41,191 nt of DNA from a virus. The stretch lies in IMG/VR virus record IMGVR_UViG_3300045988_036390; one strand, 5' to 3'. The notes under the pieces were generated by a model that did no database searches, had not been told where the DNA came from, and saw only the letters and a list, made by a program, of their open reading frames with translations. Numbering within the stretch: the stretch's first letter is position 1; each line of letters opens with the position of its first letter. Below are positions 24,981 to 33,076 of the stretch, one piece after another. A program made the translations under genes and the position numbers.

Positions 24981-26395
24981 TACTCATTTTCGCCTGATAC
25001 AAGGCTTTCCATCTTTGGCAACGCTGCCTTTGCGGTCGCCTCATCCTCGTTCATGTGCTTCATGCGGAACTCATACGGCTGCATAATGCCCATCTGCACC
25101 ATACGCGCATCACGGTTAAACTCGGTCTCCTTATCCTCGATTATCGAGTCATCGAAATCAATGCTGATCTGCACATTCTCATCTAAACCAGCATCCATGT
25201 ATGTGTTCCCAAGTCTTAAAACCGTTCGCGTAAGCTCTGTGAGGACGCTCCGAAGTATGATCTCATGCTTCTTTATCGTGCGGTACATCTCGCTGTTCTC
25301 GCTGATGATCTGCGTTGCTGTTGATACGCTGCCGTTATCATAACGGTAGTGGTTTTCGCCAAATCCGCAGCGGCTTGACAGTATATTAAGCATATCCTGC
25401 ATACCAGCGTTGTGCGCCGCCGCTCTGATCTCCATGTTTGTTTCATGGATAATTGAGCTCGGATCGCTATCTTCCGGCAGGACGTAGAATGTGACGTCGT
25501 TTGGGTCAAAGTACGGATTGCCGTCAATGTTCTTAACCGCCTCCGGCTTGACCATGATACGCTTCTTGCCAAGTACGAACTCATTCACGTAGCTGTCATA
25601 GGCTATATCACAAGCCTTGAGCTGATCTATAGCGTTCGCATACACGGCTATGCCCAGCGGAAGCGTGTTGTCGTAGTTGTTGACGATGTTCAGCCGGTCG
25701 ATGACAAATAGCCGCTTGTCGCTGCCCGTCTCGACCGTCTTAGGGACATTTTCAAAGCCCCTTATGCTATGCATATCAATTTCCGTGACGCTCTCTTTGT
25801 CGAGCTTTAGCAGCGCGTTTTCGATTCTATACTTGCCGTCGACAAGGTGATGAATCTGCACGTAGGCATAATCCTGATCGTCTGTATAGACGTGTGAAGC
25901 AAAAGCACATTCCGTTATCTCGCGGTTCTCCCACGTGATAGGGTATATCCTGTCGCCGGTCACATAGTCCATCTTTATCCCGTCAGCCTCGCCGGTGAGT
26001 GTTCCGGTATCGCTGTCAATAGCCGCGCCGACTATACGGGGGATGTATGCAGTAGTGCCATAGCAGCTTTTCAGCTCCTGCATTTCGGATATGCGCACAT
26101 CAAAGTTGACCTTTGTGCAGAAATCGTCCCAAAACTCTTGTTCTTTCTTGCCCTCAAGAGTTATTTGTACTTTTTCGTTCATCAATAGGTTTGCCCAGTC
26201 TTCGCAGACTTTCTTAGCCATACCCATTGAAAAACGTTCGCACTCGACTTTTCCGCCCTGTCCCGTGCTCACCATGTAATCATGGAATCCCTTGACCTTG
26301 CCGTCATACCATGACTTCCACTGTTTAATTTTGCTGTAGAACTCCGCCGGAGCTGTTTTATACCCTTTGTCGTTAAGGTACTGTATAATCGTCAT
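24980..26395 (-). CDS. Portal protein (SPP1 gp6-like)
   Basis: 471 aa, located after TerL. The N-terminus YLNDKGYKTAPAEFYSKIKQWKSWYDGKVKGFH is typical of this portal family. Confidence 0.85.
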   Translation of the reverse strand: MTIIQYLNDKGYKTAPAEFYSKIKQWKSWYDGKVKGFHDYMVSTGQGGKVECERFSMGMAKKVCEDWANLLMNEKVQITLEGKKEQEFWDDFCTKVNFDVRISEMQELKSCYGTTAYIPRIVGAAIDSDTGTLTGEADGIKMDYVTGDRIYPITWENREITECAFASHVYTDDQDYAYVQIHHLVDGKYRIENALLKLDKESVTEIDMHSIRGFENVPKTVETGSDKRLFVIDRLNIVNNYDNTLPLGIAVYANAIDQLKACDIAYDSYVNEFVLGKKRIMVKPEAVKNIDGNPYFDPNDVTFYVLPEDSDPSSIIHETNMEIRAAAHNAGMQDMLNILSSRCGFGENHYRYDNGSVSTATQIISENSEMYRTIKKHEIILRSVLTELTRTVLRLGNTYMDAGLDENVQISIDFDDSIIEDKETEFNRDARMVQMGIMQPYEFRMKHMNEDEATAKAALPKMESLVSGENE

Positions 26396-27957
26396 GCGTT
26401 ACTCCCGAACTTATTAAATACGCGCTCAAGTGAATAGCGCGTCGCGTCGATGGTGTGGTTATTCTCGTCGGGATAACCGCTCATAACATCGCCGTCCTTG
26501 TTTCTCTCAAACTCATAGTGTAAGAACTCTTTATAAACCCTCGGCGTTCTCGCGGGGTCAATAACAAGCTTGCGGCTTTGTAGCCACTTCATGCCATACT
26601 CAACGCTGCCGGGGCCTTTAACTGCAAGCTTCGCCGGAAGTCCCAAGCTTCTAAAGTCATTAACCGACTTCGGTTCTGCACTATCGCAGGTTATATAGGC
26701 ATCGTCATAGCCTTTTTCTTTGAGCTTCTTCGCGTTTTCCTCGTTGCTGGTCTTGTTATTTACTATCTCGTCAATAAACGTGATAGTCTCGCGCGTCCTG
26801 TCGTAGTTCAGCCGCACGAAAGCGAACGGATCGGGATACCAACCCCAGTCTGCCCCCTGATAGATATGGTCAAACCGGCTGATTTCCTCATCCGTGATTG
26901 TCCTGATTTCAATGTTGTCAAATACATTGCCGCCGTCGCCGTTTGGTATGCCCATGTACTCATGTTCATAGGCTTTCGGGTCGACTGTTTTAAGGTGATC
27001 GGCATCATCTATGAACTTTTGCCCTAACCACTCCGGCGGTGCATCAATATACGTCGAGTGATGTACTACTCTGTTAGGGTTAGGCTCACGCAGCTCTTTG
27101 TTTACCCAGTTATCGCGGCTTTTAGGCGGGTTATAGCTTGCAAAGTCATACGACAGTGCGCCGCCGCGCAGCACCGATTGTTTTACGCTTCGTTCTTCCT
27201 CTGCGCCGCTCAGTTGGTCGCGCTCTTCTATCCAGAGTATGCCGATGTAACCAAACGGCGGCTTTATCGACTTTAGCTTGATAGGATCGTCACACCCGCG
27301 AAAGTAAATGATCTGCCCAGTCTTTTTATAGACTATCTCTATCGGGTTTGCCTTACACTGAAACTCATCATCAAGCCCCAGCGCGTGGATCGCCCATTTG
27401 ATCTGTGAGAAAACAGAATCCTTGAGCGTGCCGCCGACCTTGCGCAGTACGCAAGCATGCATCGTCGGATTGTTTTTCAGCAGCTCAACGACTTTGAGGG
27501 AGACGTAAGACGACTTTAAGCCGCCTCGGCCTCCCTCAAAGATGTATGTTTTATTCGGTTCTATGTTGCGGTTGATATCGACGAACGCTTTACCCATGAG
27601 ATATGCCGGGATGTAAAACGGCTTTTCGTCTGCCGTCTGTACGTCCGTCCAGCTCTCCCACTTTTCAACCGCCTTATCCTCGCCTTGTATTGCCCGACGA
27701 TAAACACCAGCGACAACTGCTGCATTGCCGTTCATGTCCTCGTCGTCTATTGCAAGCCCGCTCTTTTCAATTTGCGCTTTTAGCTTATCCGGCGCAGGTG
27801 CATCGGCAATGGCTCTCGCGATGCTTTGCAGCGTGCTCCTCTTGGCTCTCGCTACACCGGAGGCAATGCCGCCTTTCTGGCCGATTTCTCTTACTTCGCT
27901 CTTGCTTCGTTTGTTCGTCGGGATTAAATTCGCGTCCTGCTTGGGATTGCGTGGCAT
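26392..27957 (-). CDS. terL: Terminase large subunit (PBSX/XtmB-like) with a ~110-aa TerS-like N-terminal extension
   Basis: Walker A FEGGRGGLKSS at about residue 150. C-terminal nuclease region. The N-terminus NLIPTNKRSKSEVREIGQKGGIASGVARAKR resembles small-terminase N-termini. Confidence 0.85.
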   Translation of the reverse strand: MPRNPKQDANLIPTNKRSKSEVREIGQKGGIASGVARAKRSTLQSIARAIADAPAPDKLKAQIEKSGLAIDDEDMNGNAAVVAGVYRRAIQGEDKAVEKWESWTDVQTADEKPFYIPAYLMGKAFVDINRNIEPNKTYIFEGGRGGLKSSYVSLKVVELLKNNPTMHACVLRKVGGTLKDSVFSQIKWAIHALGLDDEFQCKANPIEIVYKKTGQIIYFRGCDDPIKLKSIKPPFGYIGILWIEERDQLSGAEEERSVKQSVLRGGALSYDFASYNPPKSRDNWVNKELREPNPNRVVHHSTYIDAPPEWLGQKFIDDADHLKTVDPKAYEHEYMGIPNGDGGNVFDNIEIRTITDEEISRFDHIYQGADWGWYPDPFAFVRLNYDRTRETITFIDEIVNNKTSNEENAKKLKEKGYDDAYITCDSAEPKSVNDFRSLGLPAKLAVKGPGSVEYGMKWLQSRKLVIDPARTPRVYKEFLHYEFERNKDGDVMSGYPDENNHTIDATRYSLERVFNKFGSNA

Positions 27958-27981
27958 CTACCTCCCTCCTCTAATTTGCGC

Positions 27982-28015
27982 ATAAAAAATCCGCTGCCTT
28001 TTTTGACAACGGATT
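27982..28015 (-). terminator. Rho-independent terminator about 25 nt upstream of the TerL start
   Basis: On the minus strand: AATCCGTTG-loop-CAGCGGATT (9 bp with one G.U), followed by TTTTTTATG. Confidence 0.65.
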
Positions 28016-28112
28016 ACTTTCTCTTCTTTTTCTTTTCTGCCTCTCGCTCTCTGAGGCTCTTAGGCCGGTTCTTATCTCTCAGGATAGCTTCCATCACCGG
28101 ATCATACTCCAT
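28014..28112 (-). CDS. Possible small basic ORF (32 aa)
   Basis: Own translation: MEYDPVMEAILRDKNRPKSLRERERQKRKRREK. Weak support. Confidence 0.25.
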   Translation of the reverse strand: MEYDPVMEAILRDKNRPKSLREREAEKKKKRK

Positions 28113-28131
28113 GCTGTTCTTCTTAGGTCTG

Positions 28132-28332
28132 TTAGTTTTCAATCCACACACCCCCTCCCTTTATTTCCTCTTTCATTATCCTTTCAGCTTCCTTTTGAAG
28201 TTCGCCGCTTTCATATGCTGCTATTCTTTTGTTTCTCTCTTCTTCTGCTTCCGGCCTTGTGAGGATATACGCCATCATTCCATCCTCCCCCGGCAAGAGC
28301 AGCTTTTTCATGTTTTCAACAGTTATTTTCAT
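28132..28332 (-). CDS. Small acidic hypothetical protein
   Basis: 66 aa. It starts 12 nt after the ART-like gene. GGAGGAG RBS. Confidence 0.5.
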   Translation of the reverse strand: MKITVENMKKLLLPGEDGMMAYILTRPEAEEERNKRIAAYESGELQKEAERIMKEEIKGGGVWIEN

Positions 28333-28344
28333 AGCAGCTCCTCC

Positions 28345-29124
28345 TTATAGCTTCTTCTTCGATACTATAAATGCATCACGCGTCAACCCAATATAGTAAG
28401 GTTCGCCAAATCCCGCGTCAACCTTGATAACGTTATATCCTTTTTTGAGCGCCCATTGCGATTCTCCGCTATTACTACTATATGAGCGAGACGCGCCGCT
28501 ACCGGCGTATCGCAGAGACTTACCAAGCTGACTTGATCTGTCCGGCATTGAGCTAACAAGGGCATTATAATCTACCACACGTGCATTAGGGGACAACATC
28601 ATCTTTGTGATAGCGTTATTGCCTTTGCCAATACCGTAACTCGCCGCTGTGCCTATATTGTTGGCAAAGTATATACCGTCACCGTAAACCCCCGTGCCCG
28701 TATGCGTGTACTGTGCTTGCATGAATCTATCTGCCGAGCTTTCGGAACTCCATCCGCGGTAAAACACCTCCGCGCCAGTCTGTTTGGCAATGGCATTGAA
28801 CTGCGCGTCTGAAACGACCGTAGGCGGCTTATTAAGCCCGAGTTGAAGTACAAGCTTTTGATACGGGTTATCTCTAAAGCCGTAGCTGTCATTATACTGT
28901 GAATAGTTCGTCGTTCTGTCGACCTTTGCCAAGAAGCGCGCAGTCTTATCGTCTTCTTGCCCTTGGAATTTCACAAGCGCCGGATTTCCATCGTCATCCC
29001 AGCCGCCATTCTGCGCGGCATTTGTGCTTGCGTTCTTTATTGTCGGATTTTCGTTGATGCCAACGACCATCCTGTGTATAAATCTGGTATTGGTTGTGCC
29101 GCTGCTCGCTCCACGTCCACCCAT
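28345..29124 (-). CDS. Putative ADP-ribosyltransferase-fold protein
   Basis: 259 aa. The motif series VFYRGW ... GDGIYFANN..ASY ... GEPYYIGL resembles the PARP/Arr-type arrangement (xFYxG, GxGxYFA, E/D-containing strand). Recognised by eye only. Confidence 0.4.
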   Translation of the reverse strand: MGGRGASSGTTNTRFIHRMVVGINENPTIKNASTNAAQNGGWDDDGNPALVKFQGQEDDKTARFLAKVDRTTNYSQYNDSYGFRDNPYQKLVLQLGLNKPPTVVSDAQFNAIAKQTGAEVFYRGWSSESSADRFMQAQYTHTGTGVYGDGIYFANNIGTAASYGIGKGNNAITKMMLSPNARVVDYNALVSSMPDRSSQLGKSLRYAGSGASRSYSSNSGESQWALKKGYNVIKVDAGFGEPYYIGLTRDAFIVSKKKL

Positions 29125-29137
29125 TATAGCACCATCC

Positions 29138-29821
29138 TTAATTTATATCAACGTCGCGGAATCGCTCCGAGTTGTGATTTGCAATATATATTGCCTTGCA
29201 CGGGAACTCATAGCCGATATCGCCGCCGTAGACAACTACGCATTTAGGCTTGAGCCTGTTTATCGCTTCATTCATGCCAGATACCCATATTGCCGCTGCG
29301 TCCTCGTCCTGTTTAACACCTATCGTGCTGACCGATACCGTGCCCCCCTGCTGTAAGCCGTCAAAGCAAAAATCATAGCTCCGTTCGTCTGACCATGAGA
29401 GCGCAGGAATTACCGTTATGCCCGCGTCCTGCATTTTCTGGCCGATCAGCCGGGAACGGTACACGTTCCATATCTGCATGGCAAGCGGCATATCCATATA
29501 CAACGAGAAATCAGGAGTTAATACGCAGTCGAACATTGCGAGCCTGTCCATATACTTATCAGGCGTGTTCCATATCCGTTCAAACTGATAGTCGTCAATG
29601 TAAAAGTGTATGCCCTTGGCGAAATCGTCCTTTGTGAGCATATAGTTGAAGCTTATCAGGTCTTTCGGAACATGATTTGTGGCTTGTATAACCGGCATAT
29701 CATACGCACCGGCGACGCGCGTGTTATCGTAGTCGTGGAGATTAACGCTGTTGTATGTCCGCTCCCGCTCGTCGCCGTAGTATTCGTCATCGTCCGGCAG
29801 CTCAAATCCGAAGTCTGTCAT
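29138..29821 (-). CDS. DUF4417-like domain protein (C-terminal part of an interrupted ParB-DUF4417 gene)
   Basis: 227 aa. It is in the same frame as 29951..30163, and the 129 nt between them are open after a single TGA. Confidence 0.6.
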   Translation of the reverse strand: MTDFGFELPDDDEYYGDERERTYNSVNLHDYDNTRVAGAYDMPVIQATNHVPKDLISFNYMLTKDDFAKGIHFYIDDYQFERIWNTPDKYMDRLAMFDCVLTPDFSLYMDMPLAMQIWNVYRSRLIGQKMQDAGITVIPALSWSDERSYDFCFDGLQQGGTVSVSTIGVKQDEDAAAIWVSGMNEAINRLKPKCVVVYGGDIGYEFPCKAIYIANHNSERFRDVDIN

Positions 29822-29950
29822 GTCTATTCCGGTGATCTCGCCAATCTCGATATCCAGCAGCTTGAAATCCCAATCCGCAAGCTCTGATACCTTATTGTCA
29901 GCAAGACGAAACGCCCTTATCTGCTCGTCACTCAGATCGTCCGCAATAAT

Positions 29951-30163
29951 TCACGGTACTGTTTTCATGCCGAGTTGCTTTGCGGCTTTCATCCGCGTAT
30001 GGCCGCAGACAATAACACTATTTTTGTCGATGACGATCGGCACTTTGAAACCGAACTCACTGATCGACGCTGCTACACTCTCGACCGCCGCGTCGTTCTT
30101 GCGCGGGTTTCTGCCGTACTCCTTTAATTTCGTGATCGGTATATCGTGTATTTCCATCTCCAT
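29951..30163 (-). CDS. ParB/Srx-like N-terminal domain fragment, ending at an in-frame TGA
   Basis: IPITKLKEYGRNPRKNDAAVESVAASISEFGFKVPIVIDKNSVIVCGHTRMKAAKQLGMKTVP stop. The frame continues IIADDLSDEQIRAFRLADNKVSELADWDF. Confidence 0.65.
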   Translation of the reverse strand: MEMEIHDIPITKLKEYGRNPRKNDAAVESVAASISEFGFKVPIVIDKNSVIVCGHTRMKAAKQLGMKTVP

Positions 30164-30290
30164 AGCCCCCTCCGCTGCTTATGGTGTCCCTCGCCGTAGC
30201 TGCTCCTACTCTTTGGGCGGTGTGAAAAGGAGGTAAAACCACCGCCGTGATCGTGCTCAAAACGTCGTCAAGTTCACGCTCTTGCGGTTA

Positions 30291-30322
30291 AGCAAAAGAG
30301 CGCCGGTGCTTCCCGGCGCTCT
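30291..30322 (-). terminator. Rho-independent terminator (10-bp GC-rich stem plus TTTT)
   Basis: On the minus strand: AGAGCGCCGG GAAGCA CCGGCGCTCT TTTGCT. Confidence 0.75.
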
Positions 30323-30334
30323 CTGAGCGTACAC

Positions 30335-30343
30335 ATTATACCA
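30335..30343 (-). promoter_or_regulatory. Extended -10 promoter element TGGTATAAT
   Basis: Found on the minus strand between the stop of gene 30372..30776 and the terminator. No good -35 element. Confidence 0.45.
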
Positions 30344-30371
30344 CTTGACCTTGGCTTTTTAGGCTAAACTT

Positions 30372-30776
30372 TCACAGCAGCCCAAAATTTCTTGCCGTCT
30401 GCTCGATAAACCTGTTATGCCAATTTTTGGCCGTGCCGTAGCTGATGTTACACGCCATCGCCGCACCTTGAAGCGTGTGTGTTTTACTGAAAAACACCAT
30501 ATCTATCAGCCTCATGCGTTCTTCACCGTCAGTGCACGTCCGTAACGTCGTCTGTATGGTTTTCTCGACGGCGACATATTCTTTCATCTCGATTGGCGGC
30601 AGCTCGCATAGCGCCGTGTCCTCAGACGTGCGGTGAACCTCCGAGCCGTGCCCTGCCTCGCTATACGCTGGAGTTATGCTCTGATCGCGCAGCGCTTTGA
30701 GATCGTCGCAATGTGCCGGGTAGGCTCTAATAATGGCTTTGGCAAAGCTCCACCATTTGTAACGTGGCTTACTCAT
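30372..30776 (-). CDS. Putative late transcriptional regulator (RinA/ArpU-like or Q-like role)
   Basis: 134 aa. The C-terminus LQGAAMACNISYGTAKNWHNRFIEQTARNFG is HTH-like. It is the last gene before the promoter/terminator pair and the packaging genes. Confidence 0.45.
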   Translation of the reverse strand: MSKPRYKWWSFAKAIIRAYPAHCDDLKALRDQSITPAYSEAGHGSEVHRTSEDTALCELPPIEMKEYVAVEKTIQTTLRTCTDGEERMRLIDMVFFSKTHTLQGAAMACNISYGTAKNWHNRFIEQTARNFGLL

Positions 30777-31428
30777 GCGCCGCCTCCCATGTTATAACCA
30801 TCTTTTGTAGCTCCACCGTCGTAAGTAGCGCATATGCCGCGTTAAATGCGTCTTGCGCTATGGTATTGGAGAACTCCAACACGCCGTTTATTGGTATTCC
30901 CGCGCCCATAGGCGGTTTGTTTGGCTTTTTAGCAGGTTCCATGACCTGTTCTATCGGCGTTGCAATCTCCGCCACCGGCGACGGTTCTTCACTCACGTCC
31001 TGCATAACCTCGTTCGTGCTGTTTACCCATGCCCAAAACTCATCGTTTCGCCCCGTGCGTACCTCGCTTACGTTGCCCCTAAAGGGTATGCCCAGTTCCC
31101 GGAACATATTGCAAACCGTATTCCGACTTATGCCGAACATCTCGGCAAGCGCCGCCTGTTGCGGATTGTACTTGCTTATGATCGCGCTTAGATATTCACG
31201 CTTGATGTCGTCCGGCATTCGCTTGAACTGTGCCCACTTCATAGGGCTGTTGAGGTTATAGCTCTGTACTTCTCCGTTCATCTTATCACGCTCCTTTTTC
31301 GTCATATAATCAGACGGCATTTTGACTCTGCCGCCCTTTCCGGCGTGGGAGCGTTTATTGAAGCTCCCACGTGCTACGCGTTTCCGGTCTGCACATTCAG
31401 AGCGGAACACGTATTCTTCATCGGTCAT
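30769..31428 (-). CDS. Hypothetical HTH-containing protein
   Basis: ORF track 30769..31440 has a TTG start; the ATG at 31428 is preferred. QQAALAEMFGISRNTVCNMFRELGI is an HTH. Confidence 0.5.
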   Translation of the reverse strand: MTDEEYVFRSECADRKRVARGSFNKRSHAGKGGRVKMPSDYMTKKERDKMNGEVQSYNLNSPMKWAQFKRMPDDIKREYLSAIISKYNPQQAALAEMFGISRNTVCNMFRELGIPFRGNVSEVRTGRNDEFWAWVNSTNEVMQDVSEEPSPVAEIATPIEQVMEPAKKPNKPPMGAGIPINGVLEFSNTIAQDAFNAAYALLTTVELQKMVITWEAAHE

Positions 31429-31616
31429 TTCTATCACCAAAGATGATCTTATAGCATGGAACGCATATATCTTTCATCCCAGACATCAGAGTACGGCCGA
31501 GTTCGAACCCATCCGGTGCGCGATATCCAACCTGCATTCCCGTCGCCATAATATGGATATATCTTTCACCGTCGTTGATTTCATTGCCGCATATATCGCA
31601 GAATACTTTTTTTCAT
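31418..31616 (-). pseudogene. Small zinc-ribbon ORF out of frame with its ATG at an A7 run
   Basis: ATG at 31614-31616, then A7 (31607-31613). The body frame reads VFCDICGNEINDGERYIHIMATGMQVGYRAPDGFELGRTLMSGMKDICVPCYKIIFGDRNDR. It would be in frame if the run were A6. Confidence 0.3.
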
Positions 31617-31626
31617 GTTTCTCCTT

Positions 31627-32037
31627 TCATTTCCCGGTACTGCCAAATCCCCCATTGCCGCGCTCGGTACTGTCGAGATGATCTACAATCTCAAGCTCTG
31701 GTGTGACGATCGGCATAATCACAAACTGGCTGATTTTGTCGCCCTTGTTGACCTCATAGGCGTTCTGGCCGTGGTTATAGAGCTTGACACAGATGCTCCC
31801 TGTGTAACCGCTGTCAATTACGCCTTCGCTGGTTATGTCGTGCTTGACGTTCAGCCCGGACTTGCTCTTGAGCATACCGACGTAGCCCTCCGGTATCTCG
31901 ATATGTACGCCGGTATCGATGATTGCGCTGCTATACGGCGGGACATAAGCCCTTATAGGCGAGCGCAGATCGTATCCCGCATCGAGATCATGCGCACGTT
32001 CCGGCAGGTAAGCGCCGGGGTCGATTACAATCTTCAT
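31627..32037 (-). CDS. dut: dUTP diphosphatase
   Basis: AGYDLRS, IDTGV, GVIDSGYTG and the C-terminal RGNGGFGSTG motifs. Confidence 0.9.
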   Translation of the reverse strand: MKIVIDPGAYLPERAHDLDAGYDLRSPIRAYVPPYSSAIIDTGVHIEIPEGYVGMLKSKSGLNVKHDITSEGVIDSGYTGSICVKLYNHGQNAYEVNKGDKISQFVIMPIVTPELEIVDHLDSTERGNGGFGSTGK

Positions 32038-32243
32038 TCGTCCTCCTTATATTCTGGGCACTTTATCACATGATAGCTGGTGTTTTCGTGACGATAGCCC
32101 TTGAGCGTGGTTTTCCTTGCTTTCCAGCCCGGAACCGGCTCAAACATGATCGCGCCGGTTTCTGGATCGCGCGCCGTCCATGAGCATCCGCCCGTTGCGT
32201 TTGCACATGACCAGCACAGTGTTAATTTGTACACTTGTTTCAC
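32034..32243 (-). CDS. Small Cys-rich protein
   Basis: 69 aa. CWSCANATGGCSW...KCPEY. ATGA overlap with dut. Confidence 0.5.
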   Translation of the reverse strand: MKQVYKLTLCWSCANATGGCSWTARDPETGAIMFEPVPGWKARKTTLKGYRHENTSYHVIKCPEYKEDE

Positions 32244-32244
32244 C

Positions 32245-32781
32245 TCACAGATATCTCTTTGCTTCTTTGTGCGCTATGCGCACCTCGGTTTCAATGAGCG
32301 TGTGGGAATAGCCTAATATCTCGGCTATCTCTCGGTATGTTTTGCCGTCGTAGCGATACCGCAAGATTTCACGTTGCCTGTCGGTCAGACTATCCCACCA
32401 AGCTTTACTGTCGCACCAGTCCACGTTTTTTGCCCCAGGCAAGACTTCTTCAAGCTCATACTCGCCGCCGGATTTGTCACGTATCGGTGTGCTGAGAGAG
32501 ATCGTTTCCTGCGCTCTTTTTGTGCGCTTCGAGCTGCGCCATTCCTTGATTATGTCGCGCCGGATGTAAGTGTACGCGAGAGTAGATAACTGCCATTTCC
32601 CCGGCTTGAAGTCTTGGCAAGCTCGCCATAATGCCATTCGCGCAGTCTGCAAAACATCTTCGTCGTTGGCAAGCGTTGGGAAGAACCGGAGCAGACATTT
32701 TCTTGCAAGCTTCTCGTTTGCTATGTATAGTTCCTCACAGCTTGTGTTGCTTGCCGTCTCTGGTGACGATTTTGATATCAT
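32245..32781 (-). CDS. Sigma-70 family (ECF-like) RNA polymerase sigma factor
   Basis: Region 2-like DEDVLQTARMALWRACQDF...YTYIRRDI. Region 4-like LTDRQREILRYRYDGKTYREIAEILGYSHTLIETEV. GAGGT RBS. Confidence 0.75.
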   Translation of the reverse strand: MISKSSPETASNTSCEELYIANEKLARKCLLRFFPTLANDEDVLQTARMALWRACQDFKPGKWQLSTLAYTYIRRDIIKEWRSSKRTKRAQETISLSTPIRDKSGGEYELEEVLPGAKNVDWCDSKAWWDSLTDRQREILRYRYDGKTYREIAEILGYSHTLIETEVRIAHKEAKRYL

Positions 32782-33076
32782 ATCTTACCTCACGCGGTGC
32801 ATAGTATTTGCCGCAGGCCGCTTTAAGTGCGGCCTCTTGTTTGGCTATGGCATATTCGTTGTCTTTGGTGTCGCCCTTTTCCAGTTCTCGAATTTCCGTG
32901 TACTTGGCATTAAAAGCGTCATGGAAGCGCTTTAGCCGTTCTTCGCCGAACCCGAAGCCCTCAGCAAGTGCGAGACAGACCGCATCAAGCGTCTGCTGCT
33001 CGGTGTAGGCGATTACCTTAATCGTCCACAGCTCGCGTTCAGCCTTTTGCCGGGCGAGTAGTCCGCTTTTACTCAT
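32735..33076 (-). CDS. Hypothetical protein
   Basis: ORF track 32735..33097. The ATG at 33076 follows AAGGAGA. Confidence 0.5.
   Translation of the reverse strand: MSKSGLLARQKAERELWTIKVIAYTEQQTLDAVCLALAEGFGFGEERLKRFHDAFNAKYTEIRELEKGDTKDNEYAIAKQEAALKAACGKYYAPREVRYDIKIVTRDGKQHKL

Noticed and set aside
29951-29953. Genome-wide TGA reassignment or selenocysteine at the in-frame TGA
   Set aside because: TGA is clearly used as a stop elsewhere, for example in the ATGA-coupled stops at 40552, 11183 and 741. That rules out a genome-wide code change. Downstream of this TGA only a weak 5-bp hairpin is seen, not a convincing SECIS-like stem-loop. Local read-through cannot be excluded.
30227-30234. Strong Shine-Dalgarno-like AAGGAGGT on the plus strand
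   Set aside because: No start codon lies at a usable distance and no plus-strand ORF follows. On the minus-strand RNA it is an ACCUCCUU stretch in the leader of the ParB-like gene. That stretch might pair with the gene's own RBS, but this is too speculative to report as a feature.
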